A stretch of DNA of 64,000 nt from an uncultured Bacteroidales bacterium (GCA_903959905.1 CAJBYO010000015.1:529-64528), one strand, 5' to 3'; positions 39,314 through 49,463 are shown, counted from the stretch's first letter. Program-made: numbers and translations. The notes: generated by a model from the sequence alone, not told the origin.

Positions 39314-39828
39314 CCTTTCAAAGTTTCAGTTATAGATCTTGCAAACATTCCCGCCTCCGCCAGTTCGGTTTGATCAGGATGACCGATGGTGCGCGTGCGC
39401 ATTTCCGCAAAACTCGCCAGCATCGGGATGCCGCTGGAGATAAGTTCACCTGCTGTTTTTTCAGAAAGCTCCCCCTGGCAGTGATAAAGGCCGAGAAATT
39501 CTGTTTTGGCACACAAAGCGCGGCACTTTTGCAGCTCCTTTTCCAGCATGGCTTTCTGTAACGGGTCGTCACTCTGACTTGGCATGGCGTGCGTTACAAA
39601 CAGTGCGATCCTTTTACCCTCTGCCAGCTCATTGACCAACTTTCTCGCTGCCGCAGGCGGTCCGAACTGCATGATGGGAAACCCAATGAATACGAGGTCC
39701 GTTCCGTTTAGGGAATCAACAGAATCAAATGGCCGTATTTCCCTGTCGCACGTGAGGGCCTGAAAAATGGCTTCTGCCACTTTTTTTGTATTGCCGGTTT
39801 GCGACCAGTATGTTACCAGGATTTTCAT
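39310..39828 (-). CDS. Flavodoxin-family protein
   Basis: LVTYWSQTGNTKKVAEAI FMN loop, CQGEL, HPD. Confidence 0.85.
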   Translation of the reverse strand: MKILVTYWSQTGNTKKVAEAIFQALTCDREIRPFDSVDSLNGTDLVFIGFPIMQFGPPAAARKLVNELAEGKRIALFVTHAMPSQSDDPLQKAMLEKELQKCRALCAKTEFLGLYHCQGELSEKTAGELISSGIPMLASFAEMRTRTIGHPDQTELAEAGMFARSITETLKG

Positions 39829-39848
39829 ATTTACCAGGTTTTCCCGGG

Positions 39849-40226
39849 TTAAACTTTTGCCCCCAGCAGCATTCCGCCGATCATCGGGATCATCCAGACA
39901 ATCCATACAAAGATGCTGAACCTGTGGAAAGTACCGATCCTTTTTTCATCTTTTCTAATAAGGACGAGGGTGGCCCAGATGGAATGGAATAACATAAGCA
40001 GGATGGCCGTCATTCCTGTGATTCCGTGAAAGTTGAATTTGAATAAAGCCCCGCCTACTTCCGCCATCGCCATTGTACCGATCGTGTCGCAAACCAGCCC
40101 CGACCAGAAAAACCAAAGATGCCACCATTTCAGCTTTTTCTGTATGCGTTCGGCCCAAACACCGATGGTATACAGCACCATGGCAAGGTTGATGAAAATA
40201 ATGGCTAATAACAACGTGGTACTCAT
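39849..40226 (-). CDS. HsmA-family small membrane protein
   Basis: Four TMs; LYTIGVWAE, CDTIGT, FHGITG, LFHSIWA, FHRFS. Confidence 0.75.
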   Translation of the reverse strand: MSTTLLLAIIFINLAMVLYTIGVWAERIQKKLKWWHLWFFWSGLVCDTIGTMAMAEVGGALFKFNFHGITGMTAILLMLFHSIWATLVLIRKDEKRIGTFHRFSIFVWIVWMIPMIGGMLLGAKV

Positions 40227-40245
40227 GGGGTATGGTTTAAATCTT

Positions 40246-40273
40246 TGTCACGCGTCACGCGTTACGTGTCACG
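40246..40273. repeat. GTCACGC-type heptamer tandem (4 units) at the 3' end of the DUF3795 gene
   Basis: gtcacgc gtcacgc gttacgt gtcacgt; contains the stop codon. Confidence 0.75.
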
Positions 40274-40554
40274 TCCTTCAGCCTGCCAACGCGGTCGATG
40301 AGCCCCTGCCGGTGTTCCTCATCGGTGGAACTGGGATCTTTCATTTCCCTGAACATGGTGCATGGTAATTCGGAGCAATCACCGCAATCCTTGTATTTGA
40401 GTTTGTTCACAGAACAGTCGTACAACGGACACACTTTTGACGGCAGGTGTTCCAGTGCCCAGAAGGTTTGTCCTTTAACGGTAAGGCAGCCGTTGCACTG
40501 GTTCCCGAAAAACTCGCAGTCGGAACATACGAGTCCGCAAGCAGATAATGTCAT
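40255..40554 (-). CDS. DUF3795-like Cys-rich (Fe-S or Zn) protein
   Basis: ACGLVCSDC, CNGC, CPLYDC, CGDCSELPC; start at ATG 40554 below a TACCTTTG box (40575-40582). Confidence 0.8.
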   Translation of the reverse strand: MTLSACGLVCSDCEFFGNQCNGCLTVKGQTFWALEHLPSKVCPLYDCSVNKLKYKDCGDCSELPCTMFREMKDPSSTDEEHRQGLIDRVGRLKDVTRNA

Positions 40555-40621
40555 GGTGTCAGTATTGATTGTAACAAAGGTATCAAAATAAGATACAACC
40601 CAAATGTCAAGTCCGGCCGGT

Positions 40622-41929
40622 TTAAAAAATAATCTTTCCCCTTCCCGCAAACACATTGTTTTCAGTGTACAGGGTCCAAATCCAAATGCCTTTGGCGGGG
40701 TTGCCTGAATGCACCCGTCCATCTGTCACCGGGAGGCTGAGGCTGATTTTTCCCGGGAGGTCTTGTAAAATGAGGGTGCCGTTGCCCGGAAAATCAATGG
40801 TTTTGAGTATGCCGTGGTTGTCGGGTCCGGTGAGCCTGATGTTCCTTCCGGGGAGGAAACAGGTTTGAATGCCTGTGGATGTAATCGTTACAGGCTTGTA
40901 CAGGCTGTCGCAGAAACAGTCGTTGCAGGCATGCAGGGTAATGTTCCATGTTCCCGGACCGGGATAGACATGCCAGGGTTCATAGAGTGCGGAGGTATCC
41001 CCGTCGCCAAACCTCCACAGCCATGTTCCTGCGCCGGTGGTGAGGTTGTGCGTGAACACGGTATCTCCTGATGTGGTGAGGTTGAACTGCACACGGGGCA
41101 GATCATTGTTGAAGTTCCATTGGGTTCCATATCCCAGGGCCACCGAATCGGCCGCGTGCTGAAGCAGCAGCGCGGTATCGGCAGCGAGTCCCGCCGTAAA
41201 CGAGTTGCCGGCGGAAGGTTTGCCGAACATCATGTCATAAAACACGCAGGCAGCCAGGTAGGAACCCTTCAGGTTCGGGTGTGAATCGTCCGCATCATGG
41301 AGCACCATGCCGTAAGTGCCGATCACATACCTCCATGCTTCTCCCACCGGGGAGATCCAGTCGCCGAGCGAATCTGCAATTCCTTTGACCGCCCGGGATA
41401 AAGAATCCTGCATCTGGTTGTACCCGCTGAATGCGGTGCTGCAATAGTTTGGTGTGAAACACTGCATGCCGCCGAACCTCCTTCCCCAGGTGAGGAAAAA
41501 AAGCACCCTGCTGCAGGGATTGGCGGATTTGACCGAGTCGTGCAGGATCAAGGATGACGGGTACATGCAACTGTCGCGCAATACCGGTATGGCCGGGATC
41601 TGGCTTTGTTCCTGCAGGACCACGAAGTCCCAGGTATCCGAAGAGATCTTTGCCAGGCTTACCGGGTCGTATCCGTGGGCGGTCGGTTGCCAGCCGAGTG
41701 TGTAACCTCCGGGTGTATAGCTGTCGAAATAGAGGGAGTCTCCCGAAAAATGTGCCAGGGATGCTGCCAGGAAGGGTAGGTTGTTTACATACGTGTAACT
41801 GTTTCCGAGGAAAAGCACCTTCCTGGCAAGTCCCTGCGCAGGAAGGACTGCAGGGAATTGAAAAAAGATAAGAAAAAAAATGAACAAGGTTGACAGACCT
41901 GCACGGTTGTTTTCCTTATGGATGTTCAT
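40622..41929 (-). CDS. Secreted SGNH-hydrolase-like protein with PKD domain
   Basis: VLFLGNSYT, WDFVVLQEQSQ, DDSHP, PKD (WRFGDG), possible degenerate T9SS CTD. Confidence 0.75.
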   Translation of the reverse strand: MNIHKENNRAGLSTLFIFFLIFFQFPAVLPAQGLARKVLFLGNSYTYVNNLPFLAASLAHFSGDSLYFDSYTPGGYTLGWQPTAHGYDPVSLAKISSDTWDFVVLQEQSQIPAIPVLRDSCMYPSSLILHDSVKSANPCSRVLFFLTWGRRFGGMQCFTPNYCSTAFSGYNQMQDSLSRAVKGIADSLGDWISPVGEAWRYVIGTYGMVLHDADDSHPNLKGSYLAACVFYDMMFGKPSAGNSFTAGLAADTALLLQHAADSVALGYGTQWNFNNDLPRVQFNLTTSGDTVFTHNLTTGAGTWLWRFGDGDTSALYEPWHVYPGPGTWNITLHACNDCFCDSLYKPVTITSTGIQTCFLPGRNIRLTGPDNHGILKTIDFPGNGTLILQDLPGKISLSLPVTDGRVHSGNPAKGIWIWTLYTENNVFAGRGKIIF

Positions 41930-41930
41930 A

Positions 41931-43211
41931 CTACAACACTTTCACCAGGTAATAATTCTTTTTACCCTTCTGGATCAGGATGTATTTCCCATTCGAAAGG
42001 ATATGTTCATTCACCATGAAGGCCTCGTCCACTTTGGTTTTATTCACCTGAACACCGCCCTCCTTCAGCATCCGGCGTGCTTCACCCTTGGATGCAAAGA
42101 TCTGCGTTTGCTCTGCGAGAAAATCCACAATGTTTACGGATTTCGCGATTTCGGCTTTCGCCACGTTAAATTGAGGAACCCCTTCAAAAACAGAGAGAAG
42201 TGTCTCTTCGGACAACTTCATCAAAGTCTCACTGGTGCCTTTACCAAAGAGTATTTCCGAAGCATCCATGGCTGCCTGCAGCTCCTCTTTTGAGTGTACC
42301 CTGACGGTGATATCTTCAGCAAGTGCCTTTTGCAGCGTTCTTAAATGAGGGGCTTCGTCATGCTGTTTCTGAAGGTTTCCTATCTCTTCCCTGGAGAGAA
42401 GGGTGAATTTTTTAATGTACTCAGAGGCATCGGAGTCGCTTGAATTCAGCCAGAACTGGTAAAACTGGTAAGGGGTGGTTTTTTTAGGGTCAAGCCATAC
42501 ATTTCCGGATTCGGTTTTCCCGAACTTGCCGCCGTCGGCTTTGGTGATCAGCGGGCAGGTGAGCGCAAAGGCATCGCCGGAAAGTTTGCGCCTGATGAGT
42601 TCAGTGCCGGTTACAATGTTGCCCCACTGGTCGGAACCTCCCATCTGCAGCCTGACATTTTTATGTTCATACAGCCAGCAGAAATCATATCCCTGCACCA
42701 GCTGATAGGTGAATTCAGTGAACGAAATGCCCGATCCCGAATCCATCCGTTTTTTTACGGAATCTTTGGCAATCATGTAATTAACTGTGATATGCTTGCC
42801 AACCTCACGCAGGAAATTCAGGAAAGAGAATCCCTTCATCCAGTCGTAATTGTTTACCATTTCAGCAGAACTGTCGCCACAATCAAAATCCAGGAACTTC
42901 GTAAGCTGTTTCTGAATGGCATCCTGGTTGTGACGCAGGGTTTTTTCATCCAGGAGATTGCGCTCTTCCGATTTGCCCGACGGATCGCCGATCATCCCGG
43001 TGGCCCCGCCAACGAGTACGAACGGCTTATGTCCCGCACGCTGAAGGTGGACAAGCATCATGATGGATGCCAGGTTGCCGATGTGCAGTGAATCGCTTGT
43101 CGGGTCATAGCCGATATAAGCGGAGGTCATCTCTTTGAGCATCTGCTCTTCAGTTCCCGGCGTCATATCGTGGATCATGCCGCGCCAGCGCAATTCTTCA
43201 ATGAAATTCAT
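41931..43211 (-). CDS. tyrS: Tyrosine--tRNA ligase
   Basis: [41 protein letters not shown]-terminal S4 domain. Confidence 0.97.
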   Translation of the reverse strand: MNFIEELRWRGMIHDMTPGTEEQMLKEMTSAYIGYDPTSDSLHIGNLASIMMLVHLQRAGHKPFVLVGGATGMIGDPSGKSEERNLLDEKTLRHNQDAIQKQLTKFLDFDCGDSSAEMVNNYDWMKGFSFLNFLREVGKHITVNYMIAKDSVKKRMDSGSGISFTEFTYQLVQGYDFCWLYEHKNVRLQMGGSDQWGNIVTGTELIRRKLSGDAFALTCPLITKADGGKFGKTESGNVWLDPKKTTPYQFYQFWLNSSDSDASEYIKKFTLLSREEIGNLQKQHDEAPHLRTLQKALAEDITVRVHSKEELQAAMDASEILFGKGTSETLMKLSEETLLSVFEGVPQFNVAKAEIAKSVNIVDFLAEQTQIFASKGEARRMLKEGGVQVNKTKVDEAFMVNEHILSNGKYILIQKGKKNYYLVKVL

Positions 43212-43226
43212 TTTTCAGATTTTGTG

Positions 43227-43234
43227 CAAAAGTA
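43227..43234 (-). promoter_or_regulatory. Bacteroidota -7 box (TACTTTTG) for tyrS
   Basis: TAnnTTTG match 15 nt upstream of the ATG. Confidence 0.6.
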
Positions 43235-43252
43235 TGAAAATTAAAAAAAGAG

Positions 43253-43358
43253 TTCTCGCAGATTTTCGCAGATTACAGCGCAGATTACAGCGCAGATTAA
43301 AATGTGGCAACCTGATCTGCGAAAATCTGCGAATAAAATCTGCGAAAATCTGCGAGAA
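43253..43358. repeat. Inverted-repeat element of CGCAGATT units
   Basis: 4 x cgcagatt on the left arm, 4 x (a)atctgcg on the right arm; termini ttctcgca / tgcgagaa. Confidence 0.9.
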
Positions 43359-43408
43359 ATTTTAAACCTGCAGATACAACGACATCCTGATTTTCCCGGG
43401 AATCACCA

Positions 43409-43960
43409 TTATCGGTGTTTGCTCGCAACCACCAGGTATATGATGATCGGAATAAATATGCCGGCAAGAACTATCGGCATGAACCACAATCCCAATCCGG
43501 ATCCCCCTTTTAAAGCAACGTTTGCTGTTGAATAAGCGATGTCAAAAAACATCAGGATGATAACTGATTTCATATAGCGTATCAGCCTGATGGCAAATGT
43601 ATATTGCTTCAGGGCGTTTTCCGGTGTAATTTTCACCGTAAAATTTAACTGGTGCGGGATGAACGCAACGAGGCTCATCATACAATATATGAAGAAGGCA
43701 ATGGCAGGCAATGCCCAGAATGAACCCCTGGCCGAATAATCATCCACCTTTCCGGCCCCGTCAAAGTGCGAGGGGATCATCGCAGGAAGTTTGGGATAGG
43801 TATAAACGACAAAACCGATAAAGATCAGAAGTCCTGCCATGGCAATGCCTTCGAGCAACCAGTCAACAGGGGCCAGTCCAGGCCTCATCATCGGGCGGTT
43901 TGCTTTATCACGGTTCCTGCTGCGGTTAAACAGGCCGGGTCCGGTATTGTTGATCATCAT
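43409..43960 (-). CDS. DUF1648-domain membrane protein
   Basis: YPKLPAMIPSHFDGAGKVDDY motif, four TMs. Confidence 0.8.
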   Translation of the reverse strand: MMINNTGPGLFNRSRNRDKANRPMMRPGLAPVDWLLEGIAMAGLLIFIGFVVYTYPKLPAMIPSHFDGAGKVDDYSARGSFWALPAIAFFIYCMMSLVAFIPHQLNFTVKITPENALKQYTFAIRLIRYMKSVIILMFFDIAYSTANVALKGGSGLGLWFMPIVLAGIFIPIIIYLVVASKHR

Positions 43961-44157
43961 GATGTTTCGGATTGATCCGTGTTTTCAGTTGTTGGGATTG
44001 ATTGTTTACCAGGCATTCGTCGTGATTCCTTGAGCGCTTTCTCAATGACCCATTCCAGCTGACCGTTTACAGAACGGAACTCATCTGCAGCCCATTTTTC
44101 AAGCGCTTCATAGATTTCGGGGTTGACCCTGAGCATGAATACCTTTTTTGAAGCCAT
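43957..44157 (-). CDS. Arc-family ribbon-helix-helix DNA-binding protein
   Basis: KKVFMLRVNPE...KWAADEFRSVNGQLE. Confidence 0.85.
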   Translation of the reverse strand: MASKKVFMLRVNPEIYEALEKWAADEFRSVNGQLEWVIEKALKESRRMPGKQSIPTTENTDQSETS

Positions 44158-44164
44158 ATAATGT

Positions 44165-45034
44165 CTATTGGTGCAGGGTACCTGTGTTGACGACCGGGGT
44201 TGTGTCTTTGTCGGAACAAAGTACCACCATCAGGTTGCTGATCATGGCTGCTTTCTTGTCTTCATCAAAATCAATGATGTGCTTTTTGCTGAGGTGGTCA
44301 AGGGCCAGCTCAACCATGCTGACAGCACCTTCCACGATCTTTGTCCGTGCAGCAACTACGGCGGTAGCCTGCTGGCGGCGCAACATGGCGCCTGCAATTT
44401 CAGAAGCGTAGGCAAGGTAACTTATCCTGGCTTCAAGGACTTCGATGCCGGCCATGGAAAGCCGCTCGGATAGTTCATGTTCAAGGGCGAGATGCACCTC
44501 TTCTCCACCTGCGCGAAGGGTTATCTCCTTTTGCTCGTCGTCAAAATTGTCGTAAGCATAGTGGCCCGCAAGCTTACGGGTTGCCGATTCGCTCTGAATG
44601 TCAACAAAATGCGCATAGTCATCCACTTCAAATGCGGCTTTGAAAGTATCTCTGACACGCCATACCAGTACACAGCCGATCATGATGGGGTTTCCCAGTT
44701 TATCATTGACTTTGATGGGTTCGCGGTTCAGGTTTCTGGCCCGAAGCGAGACCTTCTTCTTAATGTAGAAGGGGTTGACCCAGAAGAAACCGTTGTCCTT
44801 GATGGTACCCTTGTATTCACCGAATAACACAAGCACAGATGATTCGTTGGGATTGACGACCATCAGGCCAATCGCCGAAAATGTTGCTGCAGTGATGCAA
44901 AGCATGCTGAAAACAATAATTGCCGCATACTCATTGTAGAGGATGAGCCCGCCAAGTCCGAGGCCCAGTAACACGATCGTAAGCAGGATCCCTTTATACC
45001 CGGACGATGCTGTAATGATTTTTTCGTTTTCCAT
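44165..45034 (-). CDS. SPFH/band-7 domain membrane protein
   Basis: Two N-terminal TMs, LFGEYKGT, KVNDKLGNPI, LAYASEIAGAMLRRQQA, NLMVVLC. Confidence 0.9.
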   Translation of the reverse strand: MENEKIITASSGYKGILLTIVLLGLGLGGLILYNEYAAIIVFSMLCITAATFSAIGLMVVNPNESSVLVLFGEYKGTIKDNGFFWVNPFYIKKKVSLRARNLNREPIKVNDKLGNPIMIGCVLVWRVRDTFKAAFEVDDYAHFVDIQSESATRKLAGHYAYDNFDDEQKEITLRAGGEEVHLALEHELSERLSMAGIEVLEARISYLAYASEIAGAMLRRQQATAVVAARTKIVEGAVSMVELALDHLSKKHIIDFDEDKKAAMISNLMVVLCSDKDTTPVVNTGTLHQ

Positions 45035-45049
45035 GGTTAATTGAGTTTG

Positions 45050-45079
45050 TGATATCAAAATGATATTAATATGATTCTG
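45050..45079. promoter_or_regulatory. Putative operator: TGATATCA-like boxes with 11-bp period
   Basis: tgatatca (45050), tgatatta (45061), tgattctg (45072), directly upstream of the SPFH-Arc operon. Confidence 0.55.
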
Positions 45080-45120
45080 CAATAATACTACAAATTTTTA
45101 CAGAAGTCAAGTGTTTTTTT

Positions 45121-45323
45121 ATTTCTCGCAGATTTTCGCGGATATTTCACGCAGATTTTCGCAGAAAAGGGCGCAGATTATAGCAGATTAATGGGTCATT
45201 AAGGAAGTTAACGGATCGAAATATGCATCAGGGTTTGACAATCAAATCAATTGATTGTTTCTTTTCTGCGAAAATCTGCGTGAAAAATCTGCGAAAATCT
45301 GCGAGAAATATTCTGCGAGAAAT
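45121..45323. repeat. Larger inverted-repeat element of CGCAGATT units
   Basis: Left arm 45121-45189 (atttctcgcagattttcgcgg...), right arm ~45264-45323 (...aaaatctgcgagaaat); same family as 43253-43358. Confidence 0.9.
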
Positions 45324-45324
45324 T

Positions 45325-46740
45325 TTACTTGATAAGATTCCGGTAGTGATAGTACCTGTTGACAATATTATCAACAAAGCCTACCATCTTATAATCCACA
45401 GGAGAGTTGTCGGTTGTATCGCTTTTTGCGACAGTATCTTTTTTTGAACGGCGCAGCAGGTAGTAATCCACATGCCCGTTCCACCTGTTTTTATCGCGGC
45501 CGAATTTTTCAGCTTTTTCCCTGGCAGCCAGCACCCGTCCCAGGCCTACATTGTATGAGGCGAGTACAAAATAGATGCGTTCAACCGGGCTGGTAATTTC
45601 ATCGGGGAGTTGCTGGTCAAGGTATTTGAGGTATTTCACCCCGCCAGCTATTTGCCGGGCCGGGGTTGCCATGCTGTCAACACCGAATTTTGCCGCAGTT
45701 TCCGGCATCAGTTGCATCAGTCCGCTGGCACTTCGCGAAGAGACAAGCCCGGGAACGAAATTTGATTCTTCATAGATCAGAGAGGCGACCAGCCGCCAGT
45801 CCCAGCTCACCTGTTTGCTCTGTTCCCTTATAGCCTGGTCGTAAGGTGAAATTTTATTCCCCCTGACGGAAAAATATTCGCTTTGCAGGTATCCTGCAAG
45901 GTGCTGGTTGTCAAAATATTCAAGGTAGGTCTGTTTCAAATCCCCTGAAGCTTTGAAATCTTTGAGCCACAAATTGATCTCTGTTCGAAGGGAGTCTGAT
46001 GACAGGCCTGTTCCCCATGCGTATGAAAACAGGGGATAGGCAAGTACCTTAATATCAAGGTTTCGGTAAAACCGATGGTACATCATGGCCACATTTTCCT
46101 GGCAGATGGCAAAGCGGATCATCCCGGTGGAGACCTGCCTGATCAGTTCCTCCTGGCTGATATCCGGTTCTTCCTTCAGGATGGCGTTTTTTCCTGTTTT
46201 TTTGTAAAAAGCATGGTACAGGGGGGCCAGGAAAGGGCTTTTCCGGACATAAACCGTATCGTTGGGGAAGTCTTTCAGATTATCAATAGCCGATCCGGCT
46301 GCCTTGCCACCCCCATTTCTTTGAACAAGCACCAACCTTGTTTCGCCGAAGGGATCGGAAAATCTTGCCAGTTTTTTCCCTTCACTGGTGATCGGAACAT
46401 TGAGGGCGACCAGGTCGGCAGCGTTGTAATGCATGTAATATTCCAGCCTGGATGCATCATTGCTGGCAATGATCCTGAGGGGTACGCCAAGGTGCCTGGC
46501 AAACGATTCCAGCAGGGTGAGCTGGTACCCCATGGGCCTGCCTTTGTAAATGAAGTAGTTCAGGGTGTTCTGATCGGTAAGTGCAACAAGGTACCCGCGT
46601 TCCCTTATCCGCCGCAGGGCATCCTTTTTTGCCTCTTCACGATGATACAGGCCGCGTGTGATGAAAAATGCGATGGCAACCACCGTCAAGCCCAGGAGAA
46701 TGGCCCTGAGAATGATGTATTTCCTTGATTTTTTATTCAA
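45325..46740 (-). CDS. MltF-like lytic transglycosylase (SBP_bac_3 plus SLT domains)
   Basis: YFIYKGRPMGY, ISPYD, WDWRLVASLIYEES, GLMQLMP, ASYNVGLG; TTG start. Confidence 0.82.
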   Translation of the reverse strand: MNKKSRKYIILRAILLGLTVVAIAFFITRGLYHREEAKKDALRRIRERGYLVALTDQNTLNYFIYKGRPMGYQLTLLESFARHLGVPLRIIASNDASRLEYYMHYNAADLVALNVPITSEGKKLARFSDPFGETRLVLVQRNGGGKAAGSAIDNLKDFPNDTVYVRKSPFLAPLYHAFYKKTGKNAILKEEPDISQEELIRQVSTGMIRFAICQENVAMMYHRFYRNLDIKVLAYPLFSYAWGTGLSSDSLRTEINLWLKDFKASGDLKQTYLEYFDNQHLAGYLQSEYFSVRGNKISPYDQAIREQSKQVSWDWRLVASLIYEESNFVPGLVSSRSASGLMQLMPETAAKFGVDSMATPARQIAGGVKYLKYLDQQLPDEITSPVERIYFVLASYNVGLGRVLAAREKAEKFGRDKNRWNGHVDYYLLRRSKKDTVAKSDTTDNSPVDYKMVGFVDNIVNRYYHYRNLIK

Positions 46741-46749
46741 TATATTGAG

Positions 46750-47868
46750 TTAAGAGACTTTTCTGTATCTCAGTATGGCAAGGCCAAGACTGCAAACGGC
46801 ATAAACAACGAGTGACCAGAAATGGCTGCTTATATCTGCGAAACCTGATCCTTTCAGCAATACCATCCGCATGATCCGGATGAAGTACATCACCGGGTTC
46901 AGCCTGTCAAGTTTTTGCGCCCATTCCGGCATGCTTTCAATGGATGTGAACAAGCCGCTCATGAGGATGAAAACCACCATGAAAAAGAACGAAACGAGCA
47001 TGGCCTGTTGCTGCGTACTTGTAACGGTTGAAATAAGCAGCCCGAAAGACAAAATTACAAAAAGATAAACAGCAGCAGAAAGAAATATTAATCCGAGGTT
47101 TCCCTCCATCGGAATGTTAAAGAGCAGTTTCCCGACTGCAAGGCCGAAGGCAAGTTCAAAAAGCCCGATGATCCAGAATGGCAGAAGTTTGCCGGCGATG
47201 AACTGAATTTTATTGATGGGGGTCACGTTGATCTGTTCTATGGTGCCTATTTCCACCTCCCGCACGATGTTCATCCCCGACAGCAGGAGCCCGATAATAG
47301 TGACCAGCAGCACCAGGATACCGGGAACCATATAGGTTTTGTAGTTCAGTTTCGGGTTGTACCAGTAGCTGTAATCGGTCTGGATGGTCCTGATGCCGGC
47401 CATCAATGCAGGGTTATTGTTGTCAAGCACCACCTCGCGGTTGTAATCAAGCAGGATCATCGTTGAATAGGCATTGGTCAGGCCGGCACTCTGACCGTTG
47501 ATGGCGTTGATCACAAACTGAACTTTGGCCATACCTTCAGTGAGAAGTTTCTTTTCAAAGCCTGATGGAACCTGCAGAATCATGTCTGTTTTGCCTTTTT
47601 TCATCTCATCTTCAGCCTCCGCATAGGAGAATGAGGTATGCTTCACCTGGTAAAACGGAGACCCCTGGAACTTGCTGACCAGCTTCCGCGATGTACCCGA
47701 AAGATCAAGGTCAACAACCGACACCCGGATATGCTTCATCTCATAGGTGGCTGCATTTACCAGTATAATCAGTTGAATGACAGGCAGGACAAAGATGATA
47801 GGCAGCATGGATTTGTTGCGAAAAACCTGCAGAAACTCTTTTTGGATGATATATAAGATTGTTCTCAT
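46750..47868 (-). CDS. ABC-2 type transporter permease (YbhR-like)
   Basis: KEFLQVFR, YMVPG, REVEIGTIEQINVTP, SGLFTSIESMP. Confidence 0.9.
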   Translation of the reverse strand: MRTILYIIQKEFLQVFRNKSMLPIIFVLPVIQLIILVNAATYEMKHIRVSVVDLDLSGTSRKLVSKFQGSPFYQVKHTSFSYAEAEDEMKKGKTDMILQVPSGFEKKLLTEGMAKVQFVINAINGQSAGLTNAYSTMILLDYNREVVLDNNNPALMAGIRTIQTDYSYWYNPKLNYKTYMVPGILVLLVTIIGLLLSGMNIVREVEIGTIEQINVTPINKIQFIAGKLLPFWIIGLFELAFGLAVGKLLFNIPMEGNLGLIFLSAAVYLFVILSFGLLISTVTSTQQQAMLVSFFFMVVFILMSGLFTSIESMPEWAQKLDRLNPVMYFIRIMRMVLLKGSGFADISSHFWSLVVYAVCSLGLAILRYRKVS

Positions 47869-48971
47869 CAGGTTAGCCGGATATTGAATTTTTTAATACT
47901 TATTGCCAGGAATGCCGCGGTGAAGCCGATCAGGATAAGCGTTTCGCGCCAAACATATTCAATTCCGTTGCCCTGAAGCATGATACTTTTGATGATGATG
48001 ATATAATATTTAGGGGGCATGAGGTGGCAGAGCACCTGCATGACCACCGGCATGTTTTCAACAGGGAAAATGAAGCCGCTGAGAAGGATGGTCGGCAGCA
48101 TCAGTGCTACAAGGGAGATCATCATGGCAATCTGCTGACTGTTGGTAATGCTGGAGATGAGGATTCCCAGTGAAAGAGCCATACAGATGTACAGGAAACT
48201 CTCCAGCAGCAACAGGGCGACGCTCCCTGCGATGGGCATGCCAAATACCAGGTTCCCCAAAATCAGTATGATGCATGCATCCAAAAATGCCAGGAAAACA
48301 TAAGGAAAAACTTTGCCGACAATAATCTGAAAAGGCTGCAGGGGCGAGACAAGCAACAGTTCCATCGTTCCCATTTCTTTCTCCCTGGTGATCGACAGGG
48401 ATGTCATCAGCGCGGAGATCAGCATCAGGAGCATGGCCATCAGCCCCGGAACGAACATGTAAACACCTTTCAATTCTCCGTTATACATCATCCTCACTTC
48501 GGGAATGATCTGAAGCGGCACTTTCCCGGAATTCATGGAAACCAGGTAATTGCTGATGATGCCACTGGCGTAATTTACAAGCATGTTGGCTGTGTTCGGG
48601 TCAGATGCGTCGGCGATAAGCTGTACGCGGGCTTTGCCGGTTTTCTCAAGCTTTCTTGCAAAATCCGGTTCGTAAATCAATGCCAGTTTGACATCGCCCT
48701 TTTTAAACACCTGGTCAATCTCGGAGACCGTATTCAAATTCTGTTCCAGGAGGAAATATCCTGACGAGAGGATCTTATCACTGATTTTTCGTGTCACAAC
48801 ATCCTTCGACGGATCGTAAATGGCAATTTTTGCATCTTTGATCTCATTGGTGAGCACATAACCGAACAGCATCAGCTGCACGGCAGGCATGCCAAAAAGG
48901 ATCAAAAGGGTGCGATAATCCCTGAAGATGTGGAAAAACTCCTTTATGACGAATCCCCGGAACCGTTTCAT
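47868..48971 (-). CDS. ABC-2 type transporter permease (YbhS-like)
   Basis: KEFFHIFRD, FVPGL, REKEMGTMELLLVSP, LSGFIFPVENMP. Confidence 0.9.
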   Translation of the reverse strand: MKRFRGFVIKEFFHIFRDYRTLLILFGMPAVQLMLFGYVLTNEIKDAKIAIYDPSKDVVTRKISDKILSSGYFLLEQNLNTVSEIDQVFKKGDVKLALIYEPDFARKLEKTGKARVQLIADASDPNTANMLVNYASGIISNYLVSMNSGKVPLQIIPEVRMMYNGELKGVYMFVPGLMAMLLMLISALMTSLSITREKEMGTMELLLVSPLQPFQIIVGKVFPYVFLAFLDACIILILGNLVFGMPIAGSVALLLLESFLYICMALSLGILISSITNSQQIAMMISLVALMLPTILLSGFIFPVENMPVVMQVLCHLMPPKYYIIIIKSIMLQGNGIEYVWRETLILIGFTAAFLAISIKKFNIRLT

Positions 48972-49414
48972 GCGAATTCCCTTTTAGTGGCCCAGAAGTA
49001 AAAGAAACGGCCAGCTGATATCAGTAAAGGCACGCCCATGGTGACGTAAAAATTATAGAGCCACTCCTTGTTGATCACATCAAACCCGCGCAGCATGATC
49101 CCGCCGCTGATCATGACGGTCATCATTAAATAGCCCCTTATATTGAAAAAGGAGAACGCACAGGGGTAGGGGATGTTCAGCCTATGGATACGCCTGATGT
49201 GTTTACGGGAGATTTTTGCAAAAAGCAACACATAAAATATCATCCCGAATGCCAGGCCACCTGCCAGTCTCCATGTGAAGTGCTGGCTGTTTTGTGCGAG
49301 ATAACTTGCCCCACGGCCTGCAAGTATGCCACCGGCAGTCGTCCATGCAAGGCCGGCAATGAAAAGCAGGTTGTGTTTACTTACCGAAGGCTTGTATCTC
49401 TGGTATATCTTCAT
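48968..49414 (-). CDS. Hypothetical four-TM membrane protein
   Basis: ATG ORF overlapping the permease start (ATGA); hydrophobic segments; CAFSFF motif. Confidence 0.72.
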   Translation of the reverse strand: MKIYQRYKPSVSKHNLLFIAGLAWTTAGGILAGRGASYLAQNSQHFTWRLAGGLAFGMIFYVLLFAKISRKHIRRIHRLNIPYPCAFSFFNIRGYLMMTVMISGGIMLRGFDVINKEWLYNFYVTMGVPLLISAGRFFYFWATKREFA

Positions 49415-49463
49415 GCATTGTTTTTTTGTGTTCAGTTGCTCATCCCTGTTTATTTCGACAGGT

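Noticed and set aside
43253..45323. Possible IS element or composite transposon
   Set aside because: No transposase, integrase or clear target-site duplication; reported only as a repeat-bounded cassette.
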